15,235 nt of DNA from Candidatus Zixiibacteriota bacterium (GCA_040235515.1 JBECKX010000130.1:1-15235); one strand, 5' to 3'. Counted from the stretch's first letter, positions 1 through 7,499 are shown. Notes: generated from the letters alone by a model not told the origin. Numbers and translations: made by a program.

Positions 1-5
1 TGGTT

Positions 6-38
6 TCGGGGCGGCGTCACTCCTTCACCCCGACCTAT
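6..38 (-). repeat. GTAG-type REP-like palindrome (degenerate)
   Basis: Minus strand reads ATAGG-TCGGGGTG-N12-CGCCCCGA: a GTAG-like foot followed by an 8-bp GC-rich stem with one G-T pair. The foot resembles the arms at 6657-6734. Confidence 0.4.
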
Positions 39-86
39 TCGGATTCACTCGGAAACAAAACTTGGTACCAATAAATCAGCGAGCGG

Positions 87-775
87 ATGGAAATTATGCA
101 ATTACCACGAAAGATAGCATCCTCAACGGGAGTCAGCTTCACCTGCAAACAGTGCGGCAAGGTGATAAAATCAGATTATCTGCAGCAAGGCGACAACATG
201 GTTTGTCCGCATTGCAACTTCGAGCAGGAAGTACCGGTTATGCGTCACGAGACCCCTATGAACATGCCCCCGGGGGCTTCACAATACATCAACGATGATG
301 GTGGCTACATGCCGGGTGGTCACGGTGGCGGCGGTTTCGACCGTGGCATCGGCGGCGGCTTTGGTCCGGGTGGGCATCAGCACCATGTCAGCTCCGAATT
401 GGCAGGCAGAGGCGAGCGCCTTCTCGCTCAAATCATTGATGCTGGATCTTCCTGGTTGGAATCTATGCACCGATCATGATGGGTGCCGGCGCGGGATTCA
501 TGTTCTTTATGCTCCTCTGTCTTGCCGGAGTGCAGATTTACCTGCTCACAACCGCCGGCCAAACGATCGGCAAGAAGGTGATGAACATCAAGATCGTGAA
601 GTTTGATGATGAGAGCGAGGGCGGCTTTGTCACCAATGTTCTGCTGCGCGGTATCGTGAACGGCGTTATCGGCATCATCCCCTTCTACGGGCTTGTGGAT
701 GTGCTCTTTATCTTCCGGGAGGACCAGCGCTGCATCCACGACCTGATCGCCAGCACGAAAGTTATCAAGGCATAG
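87..775 (+). pseudogene. RDD-family membrane protein with N-terminal Zn-ribbon (CxxC...CxxC) and Gly/His-rich linker, interrupted by a -1 frameshift near 440-447 (true pseudogene or sequencing error)
   Basis: ORF 87-479 has FTCKQCGK...VCPHCN, a Gly-rich linker and the RDD start 'LAGRGERLLAQIID'. The -1 frame (open from 440) continues 'IFLVGIYAPIMMGAG...GQTIGKKVMNIKIV...LLRG...QRCIHDLIASTKVI', the typical RDD GQT-GK and HD motifs. Confidence 0.8.
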
Positions 776-813
776 GAGATTCGGCTCAAAGTCGGCGCGT
801 ATTGCTTTCCTGT

Positions 814-1944
814 CTAATGCGCTGTCGGTAACTGCGGTCGTTCCGAGGCTCTTGATGTCTTACTCGGATAGTCCGAGAGCTCGATCGATGTTGCAGGTAC
901 ATAGCTCAGTTCGACGAGTGGATAAGTATTGAGTGATGCCGGAAATGAATCATCTCCACCCATCAGGAAATATACCTTCTGACTACCCGCTGCAGGGAAG
1001 TCAAGGAGTAATGACAGAGTAAACAACTCTAAGTCGAGTCGCCCATCAACGTTGTCAGCATCTTGGCTAACAAACTGCTCAGTCGAACCGTCGCACCCAA
1101 CTGCATCGGTACGCGTACAGAGTGATACAGTTACAACTGACGAAACAGAGCTGGATCCGGTGGCAACTGCGAATCCAACAGCCGCGCCCCGAAGTCGAAC
1201 TATCACTCGGCCAGAATTGGGAGCACTTACCGTGAATGAGTCCAGTGCTACAAGGTCAAAGCCAGAGACACTGGTCGTGGTGGGAAACAATTGAAACACC
1301 TGGGAAACTGGCACCTGTGTCTCTTCAAACTCCCCTACCGTAATTGACCCGTCGGGCAGCTGCACCGACTGGTCGCCGACACCTCCACCGTTCAAGATCA
1401 TTGTCGCGGCAGGACCGCCGTCGCTCAGAGCAAGTATCCCCCCTGCCGCAGAACCCGACACTACAACCTCCGATTGGCCATCATCGTTGAAATCAAAGTT
1501 GACCGCGCCGGAGAAAACCGCGCCGCTGGTGAGGACATAGGAGTCATTCGCAATCGTGTCTGCGGAATTGGCCTTGTAGGCATACGGCACAGCCACCATT
1601 CGCAGGCGTTCTGTCATCTCCGGGTCGGTACCGACCTTGATCCCCAGGTAGCGAACCGAGTCTTCAAATACTGATGCCGGCAGCGCTCCGTTTGAGCCCA
1701 GGATGTAGGTGACAAAGCCGCCGGTGACGGTTAGTTGTTGGATATTGCTTGTCCAGAGTTGCGTGGCTCCCGCACCTGGGCCATCGTAGATATTGAAGCG
1801 GATGAAGTCGTCGCCATCCGCTACCGGCACCCCACTGTCATCAGTCAGGCGGCCTTGATATTCGATCAGGCGTGGTATGCCTGCAGTAAGAGCAACGCTC
1901 ATCAGCAGAGTGGTTATGATGATTAAAAAGATTGTCTGTCTCAC
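814..1944 (-). CDS. Secreted/surface protein, 'PxLIxYQGRLTD...VPYA' N-terminal domain plus beta-rich C-terminal domain (paralog 1)
   Basis: 376-aa ORF with GTG start and signal peptide (MRQTIFLIIITTLLMSVALTA). Clear paralogy to 2009-3094. Function unknown. Confidence 0.8.
   Translation of the reverse strand: MRQTIFLIIITTLLMSVALTAGIPRLIEYQGRLTDDSGVPVADGDDFIRFNIYDGPGAGATQLWTSNIQQLTVTGGFVTYILGSNGALPASVFEDSVRYLGIKVGTDPEMTERLRMVAVPYAYKANSADTIANDSYVLTSGAVFSGAVNFDFNDDGQSEVVVSGSAAGGILALSDGGPAATMILNGGGVGDQSVQLPDGSITVGEFEETQVPVSQVFQLFPTTTSVSGFDLVALDSFTVSAPNSGRVIVRLRGAAVGFAVATGSSSVSSVVTVSLCTRTDAVGCDGSTEQFVSQDADNVDGRLDLELFTLSLLLDFPAAGSQKVYFLMGGDDSFPASLNTYPLVELSYVPATSIELSDYPSKTSRASERPQLPTAH
1810..1872. 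repeat. 63-bp direct repeat shared with 2951-3013 (2 mismatches) in the 5' part of the two paralogs
   Basis: gtcgccatcYgctaccggcaccccactgKcatcagtcaggcggccttgatattcgatcaggcg is present at both sites, including a 34-bp identical run. Confidence 0.9.
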
Positions 1945-2008
1945 AAGTTCTTCCAGAATCGACTACTGCACCAACCCGTAACAATTGTTAGTTGAGCCTA
2001 CAAAGTCC

Positions 2009-3094
2009 TTAATGGTCAAGTATATTGACTCCCGTGTCTGGGAAAAATGTGACCTGAACAGTGGGATTTTGCCAGATGAATGCGTCATATCCACTAACCT
2101 GCGACCTTAGAGTTAAGTACACTGTTTCAGAACCTGGTTCCTCGAAAACGAATTCTCGCAGAATCACGAAATTTTCTGTCACATTGCTATTGGTAGTGTT
2201 ATCGGCGTCCTGGAAATATGTCTGGGCTTCAGCAGCACCACAGTCGAAGTTGGGACCATCATAGATGCACAGGCTTACAATCGCTGCGCCTGTAGTCGAA
2301 GCAGTTCCGGGTGAATCGTAATCGATGTAATATTCGCCCGTTGCCATGACGATGATCTTGCCCGCAGACGGTGCGTGCACCACGATTGAGTCAATTGCTA
2401 TTCTTGTTATTGACGCCTGCTGGACAAGTGGATTCAGGACTACAGTTTCCGTTGTCGGCATTTGAGTGATGTCAAACTCGCCCAACGTAATTGAGCCAGC
2501 CGGCAGTTCAGCGGCATCGTCTCCAGATGCTCCTGCATCAAGCACCATGCCACCCGCGTTGCCGTCCAATCTCAGATACCCACCAGATGAAGCACCGCCA
2601 AGCTCAGCTTCCGGAGCAGCATCATCATTGAAGTCGATCACAACGTTGCCTGAGAGTGTATCACCTGTGGTCATAACGTAAAGATCGCTGGAGACTGTAT
2701 CGGCCGACCTGGCCTTGTAGGCATACGGCACTGCCACCATCCGCAGGCGTTCGGTCATCTCCGGTTCTGTACCGATCTTTATTCCCAGGTAGCGCACAGA
2801 ATCGTCAAACACCGTCGTTGGCAACGCTTCGTTCGATCCCAGCATGTAGCTGATAAAACCATTTTGTGCGGTGAGCTGCTGAAAACTGCTTGTCCATAAT
2901 TGGTTTGCTCCAGCACCTGGTCCATCATAGATACTGAACCGAATGAGGTAGTCGCCATCTGCTACCGGCACCCCACTGGCATCAGTCAGGCGGCCTTGAT
3001 ATTCGATCAGGCGAGGCACATCAGCGAATACAGAAAGTGCGGTCGCGACCACGACCAAGCAGACTAACAGCAGAGAATTCTTTCGCATCATCAC
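2009..3094 (-). CDS. Secreted/surface protein, 'PxLIxYQGRLTD...VPYA' N-terminal domain plus beta-rich C-terminal domain (paralog 2)
   Basis: 361-aa ORF (GTG 3094 or ATG 3091/3088) with signal peptide ending VFA-D. By manual alignment, 83/103 residues are identical to paralog 1 over the N-terminal domain. Confidence 0.8.
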   Translation of the reverse strand: MMMRKNSLLLVCLVVVATALSVFADVPRLIEYQGRLTDASGVPVADGDYLIRFSIYDGPGAGANQLWTSSFQQLTAQNGFISYMLGSNEALPTTVFDDSVRYLGIKIGTEPEMTERLRMVAVPYAYKARSADTVSSDLYVMTTGDTLSGNVVIDFNDDAAPEAELGGASSGGYLRLDGNAGGMVLDAGASGDDAAELPAGSITLGEFDITQMPTTETVVLNPLVQQASITRIAIDSIVVHAPSAGKIIVMATGEYYIDYDSPGTASTTGAAIVSLCIYDGPNFDCGAAEAQTYFQDADNTTNSNVTENFVILREFVFEEPGSETVYLTLRSQVSGYDAFIWQNPTVQVTFFPDTGVNILDH

Positions 3095-3177
3095 CCATCC
3101 GGGAATTCGCCGTCTGGGTAGCTGAACTCCCTGTATTCGAGTTTTCTAGCTTGCAGTAAGTAAGGATTGTTGATCCA

Positions 3178-3205
3178 AATATGCGATTTTTGCGGAATTT
3201 GTCAA
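3178..3205 (-). promoter_or_regulatory. Putative sigma70 promoter for the paralog pair
   Basis: TTGACA (3205-3200), 16 nt, CATATT (3183-3178). Confidence 0.55.
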
Positions 3206-3218
3206 GCCCCGGAATAGC

Positions 3219-3863
3219 CTAATGGACGTGCCCGCCATGGTTGAGGAAGTATGAGGCGATTCCTGTCAGGATCAGCACCACACCGGTAATCTTGCGCTCA
3301 TGGTGCTCCAGCCAGTGAGCGTTGATCTTCTCGACGCCTTTACGGGCGATATCGACCAGCAGCACCATGCCGGCGACCGTGACGACCATGTAGATGAGAG
3401 AGAGCAGGAGGATCCCGGTCCAGCCGTGGCGTCCGACGCTGAAATAGTATGCCTCGATCTCGATGCAGGGTGAGAAGAACATCGCACCGGCAAGGGCCAG
3501 GATGATCGCAGTCTTGGTTCTGGCTTTCTTCGTGTCTTTTTCGAAGTCATGATGATGGTGATGGTGTCCGCCGCTGAACCCCAGAATCAGGTAGATGATT
3601 CCCATCGCCACCAGCACAGCCGGCGCGATGATGGCTGTCACCAGCTCGAAATTCTCAGCCAGTTTGTAGCCGAGCAGCCCCACGATCACACCGATGATGA
3701 TCGTGCTGAGGGTGTGTGCGCTACCTGCGATGGCAGTGGCGGAGAGCGTTTCACCCCTTCGCCATTTTTCGCTGCGACTGATCGCCACCAGAGGAATCCA
3801 GTGGTTGGGGATGGCTGCATGAACAATTGAGAGAACAATGCTGCCGAGTAGTATCTCAAGCAT
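3219..3863 (-). CDS. His-rich multi-pass membrane protein, NiCoT/RcnA/UreH-like (putative Ni/Co transporter)
   Basis: 214 aa with about 6 hydrophobic segments. 'HAAIPNHW' in TM1 (HX4[DN]H-like), internal GGHHHHHHD loop, SPC motif and C-terminal HGGHVH. Confidence 0.7.
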   Translation of the reverse strand: MLEILLGSIVLSIVHAAIPNHWIPLVAISRSEKWRRGETLSATAIAGSAHTLSTIIIGVIVGLLGYKLAENFELVTAIIAPAVLVAMGIIYLILGFSGGHHHHHHDFEKDTKKARTKTAIILALAGAMFFSPCIEIEAYYFSVGRHGWTGILLLSLIYMVVTVAGMVLLVDIARKGVEKINAHWLEHHERKITGVVLILTGIASYFLNHGGHVH

Positions 3864-3921
3864 CGAATTCCATTTCGTAATCCGGAATCAAACTCCCTAA
3901 CCAAGACTAACTTGTGCGATG

Positions 3922-3950
3922 ATGGTACGTTAAGCGGCGCAGGAAAGCAA
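3922..3950 (-). promoter_or_regulatory. Putative sigma70 promoter for the His-rich transporter
   Basis: TTGCTT (3950-3945), 17 nt, TACCAT (3927-3922). Confidence 0.5.
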
Positions 3951-4061
3951 GGGGAACGTTGGGGGGGAGATCTGGAAGTCTCTGGGTATTATCACTGCTG
4001 ACACATATCAGCCCTTCGCTGGAAGAGACGGAACAATCGATCACAACTAGCGCTGCTGACG

Positions 4062-4126
4062 AATTCCCCTCCCGAGAGGGGTGGCTACCGATTTCAACTT
4101 GTTGAAAATGGGAGACGGGGTGTGTA
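4062..4126. repeat. Short palindromic intergenic repeat, full-length copy (AATTCCCCTC...GAGACGGGGTGTGTA)
   Basis: Contains hairpins CCCCTC-ccga-GAGGGG and TTTCAAC-tt-GTTGAAA. Both ends recur at 7455-7481. Confidence 0.7.
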
Positions 4127-4207
4127 CAATAGAGTTTTTACCGCTTGGGCCTGCGTACCTCGCCCTTTCGCTTAACGAATCTGACTCAGCCTCTCAATAT
4201 ACTACAC

Positions 4208-4236
4208 AAAAAAGCCGGGCCAATTATGACCCGGCT
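4208..4236 (-). terminator. Rho-independent terminator of the rpsU-yqeY operon
   Basis: Minus strand AGCCGGG-N10-CCCGGCT followed by a T run (A6 at 4208-4213 on +). Confidence 0.8.
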
Positions 4237-4347
4237 CAAGTAAGACATCCTATGTCGTGCTGCCGCTCGCTCTTGCAACAGCATTCCAATTGGTACTTGT
4301 GCTAATTCACATCTGCAATCTTACCTGTTCTTGCTTTCGGAAACTCG

Positions 4348-4797
4348 CTAACCTGCCAGTTTCTCCGCGACAATCTGCTTCACGCGATTGCCGTCCGCTT
4401 TGCCCTTAACTCTGGGCATCACTTCCTTCATGACCTTGCCGGTATCGCTCGGTCCGGTTGCACCGCTGGCGGCGATCGCCTCTTCGACGATCTTCGCGAT
4501 CTCTGCATCGCTCATCTGTTTCGGCAAGTAAGTGGTGATAATCTCGAGTTCGGCCTCCTCTTTGGAAGCCAGATCCTCGCGACCACCATTGCGAAACTGC
4601 TCGATCGAGTCGCGGCGACGTTTTGCGGCTGAGGTGATGACTCCAATGACATCCTCCTCGGATAGTCCACCACCCTTAGCCTCAATCTCTTTGTAGCTGA
4701 TATCAGACTTCAACCCGCGAATCACTTCAAGGCGTGCCTTATCCTTGGCTTTCAACGCCTCTTTCATGTCATTGTTGAGCTGATCCAATATCGACAT
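4348..4797 (-). CDS. yqeY: GatB/YqeY domain-containing protein
   Basis: 149 aa. 'DMKEALKAKDK..L..IR..KS', 'KRRRDSIEQF..GGREDL..KE..E..I...YLP.QMS', 'GKVMK.VM..VKGKADG'. Conserved position after rpsU. Confidence 0.95.
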   Translation of the reverse strand: MSILDQLNNDMKEALKAKDKARLEVIRGLKSDISYKEIEAKGGGLSEEDVIGVITSAAKRRRDSIEQFRNGGREDLASKEEAELEIITTYLPKQMSDAEIAKIVEEAIAASGATGPSDTGKVMKEVMPRVKGKADGNRVKQIVAEKLAG

Positions 4798-4800
4798 TGC

Positions 4801-4992
4801 TTATCTGCCTCTGCTGGTGCGTCGTTGTTTGCGGCGCGCGGCATTGATCTTCCGTTTACGGCGGTCGGACGGCTTCTCAAAATGCTGATGCTTTTTGATG
4901 TCCGAGAGAATTCCGCTACGCTCGCACAGTTTGTTAAATCTGCGAAGTGCCTTTTCGAAAGATTCGTCGTCTCTGACTTTGACTCCCGTCAA
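4801..4992 (-). CDS. rpsU: 30S ribosomal protein S21
   Basis: 63 aa 'VKVRDDESFEKALRRFNK...GILSDIKKHQHFEKPS.RRKRK..AARRK'. TTG start with an AGGAGG Shine-Dalgarno upstream. Confidence 0.97.
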   Translation of the reverse strand: MTGVKVRDDESFEKALRRFNKLCERSGILSDIKKHQHFEKPSDRRKRKINAARRKQRRTSRGR

Positions 4993-5087
4993 TCCTGGTT
5001 TCGCCTCCTCTCAAGCGCCAGTGGCGGCTAAGGGTTGAATTGATCACTCTCTTCTTCGCGCATAACTATATACGCTCCAAGCTTTTA

Positions 5088-5116
5088 AAAATAACCGAGA
5101 TGGTCGAGGATGTCAA
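5088..5116 (-). promoter_or_regulatory. Putative sigma70 promoter of rpsU-yqeY
   Basis: TTGACA (5116-5111), 17 nt, TATTTT (5093-5088). Confidence 0.65.
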
Positions 5117-5270
5117 GCGGTTTTCATTCGTCAATCTTCCCCAAATCGCTCCCACCTACCCATACGCCGCATGCAATTAACGTCATTTAACGAACCTGTG
5201 ACCTGCGAAGCCGTAGATTTGTCTTGTAAGTATCACCACTAACTCATATTCGCTGAGAGGTTTAGAAACC

Positions 5271-6623
5271 ATGGGAAGAATCGGTAAACGCTTGAAACCC
5301 GTAGTTGTCATCACCCTGCTATGCTCGCTGGCCGCGCTGGTCGCGCCTTCAGCTCAGGCACAGCCGAGGCAAATGGAAGATCGCACAATCGACGCCTCGA
5401 TCCAGGCTGAGATCATCGACAGCGTAACCGAGGCATACCGCGATGTCTATATCTTCGCGGATGTCGCGGCCAAAATGGAAAAGTATGTGCGTGAGAAATA
5501 CCGTAAGGGTGAATACAAAAAGCTCACGACCGTCCGCGAGTTCACCCAGCAACTGACGAGTGACTTTCAGGAGATCAGCAAGGATCGTCATATCGGGCTA
5601 AGATTCATGTCGGATTCCGAAGCGCAAATGATGCTCACGCCGCCGACGGAACGACCCGGGGATCCGCTGGCCGACGCCAGGCGCCGGAATTTCGGATTCC
5701 AGAAGCTGGAGATCCTGCCGGGCAATATCGGGTATCTTGACCTGCGGGGATTCGCCGACGCGCGAGAAGCAGGGCCGACCGCGGTGGCCGCAATGAATTT
5801 CCTGGCCAACGCCGACGCGGTGATATTCGACTTGAGACAGAACGGCGGCGGTTCACCCACGATGATTCAGTTGATCTGCAGCTACCTCTTCGCTGAGCCA
5901 ACCCATCTGAATAGCTTCTACATCCGGCAGACAGATGAAACGGAACAGTTCTGGACTCAGGCGATGGTGCAGGGTCCGCGGATGACCGATGTGCCGGTCT
6001 ATGTGCTGACCAGCGACTATACCTTTTCTGCAGCGGAAGAATTCACCTACAATCTGAAGAATCTCAAGCGCGCGACGATAGTGGGTGACACAACCGGTGG
6101 CGGAGCGCACCCGGTCGATACCCACTTCTGGCCGAATCTCAACGTCATGGCCCGAGTCCCGTATGGCCGCGCGATCAACCCGATCACCGGCACCAACTGG
6201 GAAGGCACCGGTGTCACGCCTGATATCGTCGTTCCGGCGGATGCTGCACTCGACCGCGCGCAGCTGGAGGCCTTGAAGGGATTGCGCGATTCAACCGACG
6301 ATCAGGACCGCAAGTATGCGCTCGACTGGGCGATAACAGGTCTGGAAGTGCGACTCTCCGATATCACGATTGATCCGGAGAAACTGGGCGCATTCGTTGG
6401 ACACTACGGACCGCGAACCGTCACTCTGGAGGATGGCGAACTCTACTATCAGCGCGAGGATCGACCGCGCTACCGGCTGATCCCGGCCGGCAACGATCTC
6501 TTCCTGCTCGATGGTCTCGATTACTTCCGCATCCAGTTCGAGCGTGGCATGGATGGCACTGTGACCCACCTCACCGGGCTGTACGATAACGGCCAGATTG
6601 ATGGCAACGACCGAGATTCTTGA
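5271..6623 (+). CDS. Secreted S41-family peptidase (IRBP-like subgroup) with C-terminal accessory domain
   Basis: 450 aa, signal peptide ending AQA. 'S.DRH', 'GNIGYLDLRGF', 'IFDLRQNGGG', catalytic 'TFSAAEEF', 'IVGDTTGGGAHP', 'NWEGTGVTPDI'. GAGAGG Shine-Dalgarno and TGA TGA TGA stop. Confidence 0.92.
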   Translation: MGRIGKRLKPVVVITLLCSLAALVAPSAQAQPRQMEDRTIDASIQAEIIDSVTEAYRDVYIFADVAAKMEKYVREKYRKGEYKKLTTVREFTQQLTSDFQEISKDRHIGLRFMSDSEAQMMLTPPTERPGDPLADARRRNFGFQKLEILPGNIGYLDLRGFADAREAGPTAVAAMNFLANADAVIFDLRQNGGGSPTMIQLICSYLFAEPTHLNSFYIRQTDETEQFWTQAMVQGPRMTDVPVYVLTSDYTFSAAEEFTYNLKNLKRATIVGDTTGGGAHPVDTHFWPNLNVMARVPYGRAINPITGTNWEGTGVTPDIVVPADAALDRAQLEALKGLRDSTDDQDRKYALDWAITGLEVRLSDITIDPEKLGAFVGHYGPRTVTLEDGELYYQREDRPRYRLIPAGNDLFLLDGLDYFRIQFERGMDGTVTHLTGLYDNGQIDGNDRDS

Positions 6624-6656
6624 TGATGAATCGCACGATTTCTGAAGCATAACTGA

Positions 6657-6734
6657 GCAGGTTGGGTTCTCGGCGACTGAGGCACACGTTCTGTCTGTCG
6701 TAAGACGTGTCGACGCGCAGGGAACTCGACCTGC
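6657..6734. repeat. Long imperfect inverted repeat, REP-doublet (REPIN)-like, between convergent genes
   Basis: GCAGGTTGGGTTCTC (6657-6671) pairs with GGGAACTCGACCTGC (6720-6734) over 15 bp with 3 G-U pairs. Inner stem ACACGTT/GACGTGT. Confidence 0.6.
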
Positions 6735-6783
6735 ATTCTACTCGATACTGGTCTCCGAGCAGCCGGCACCTGAGCAGCCGATT

Positions 6784-7290
6784 TCAGAGTCGGTAGCCGA
6801 GTCGGAAAGTGACGAAGAGTGTGTTGCCGGTACTGGTGGCGGAACCATTGGCGACAAGTTCCGGCACCAGGCGTGAGTCGAAGAAATTGTCATCGAAGTA
6901 GCGGAAGGTAAAGCGGGCGGTGACAGCCCGATTCTCTCTCTGCCACTGGGGCAGATCTGAAAATGCCACACCGATCCCACCGCCAATGCGCAGGTTGCGA
7001 GATGGCGCAAGCCTGATCGATCCGCTGACGACGACCGGAAACTCTACCAGATAAAAGGAATTGGTGAAGTGGTCAAATGATGGAGAGAAGTCGATCCAGA
7101 GATGCTTGCCGAGATAGGGTTCGACCCGGGCTGCTGCATGAAGTCCGGCTCCGACATTTTCTTCGCTGGCAGCGGTCAACCCAGCCAGGAGCGAGAAATC
7201 CGTCGCACAGGCTCCCCCACACAGCGCCGGAACTGCGATCAGGGCGCAGAGAATGGTTGACTTGAGGTGTCTACTAAGCCAGGCTGGCAC
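6784..7290 (-). CDS. Putative small (about 8-stranded) outer-membrane beta-barrel protein
   Basis: 168 aa, GTG start with GGAGAGG Shine-Dalgarno, signal peptide, alternating amphipathic strands and a C-terminal beta-signal-like 'FVTFRLGYRL'. Confidence 0.65.
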   Translation of the reverse strand: MPAWLSRHLKSTILCALIAVPALCGGACATDFSLLAGLTAASEENVGAGLHAAARVEPYLGKHLWIDFSPSFDHFTNSFYLVEFPVVVSGSIRLAPSRNLRIGGGIGVAFSDLPQWQRENRAVTARFTFRYFDDNFFDSRLVPELVANGSATSTGNTLFVTFRLGYRL

Positions 7291-7380
7291 AAATTACCTC
7301 TCCAACTAGTTTACGTGTAAATCCCCTTATTTTAGTATCGGATATGTCTGGATTCAGTTGAAGGCGCGTCGGCACACAGA

Positions 7381-7408
7381 TTTGGTAAGCACTGCTTTGG
7401 TATGCACT
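7381..7408. promoter_or_regulatory. 13-bp tandem direct repeat (15-bp period), possible transcription-factor site
   Basis: TTTGGTAAGCACT-gc-TTTGGTATGCACT, about 90 bp upstream of the beta-barrel gene. Confidence 0.4.
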
Positions 7409-7454
7409 CCGTGGGGCACTGTGAATAGGCCCCCGAGGCGAATGCAAGCCTCCA

Positions 7455-7481
7455 AATTCCCCTCTTGAGACGGGGTGTGTA
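7455..7481. repeat. Short palindromic intergenic repeat, internally deleted copy of 4062-4126
   Basis: AATTCCCCTC-ttGAGA-CGGGGTGTGTA matches both ends of the 4062-4126 element. Confidence 0.7.
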
Positions 7482-7499
7482 TGCAAATAGCCTGCGGCC

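Noticed and set aside
814..3094. Diversity-generating retroelement TR/VR pair
   Set aside because: The repeats are in the 5' coding regions of two intact paralogs, mismatches are not adenine-specific, and there is no reverse transcriptase in the window.
4081..4305. 74-aa ORF on the + strand
   Set aside because: It runs through a repeat element and a terminator, with no recognisable protein features.
5177..5226. ECF-like promoter (TGTGACC-N17-GTCT) and TTAACG direct repeat upstream of the S41 peptidase
   Set aside because: The matches are short and ambiguous, with alternative registers possible, so it is not supportable without comparative data.
6651..6670. AACTGAGCAGG resembling the start of the NiCo (czcD) riboswitch
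   Set aside because: It sits between convergent genes with nothing downstream to regulate, the rest of the motif is absent, and the inverted repeat explains it better.
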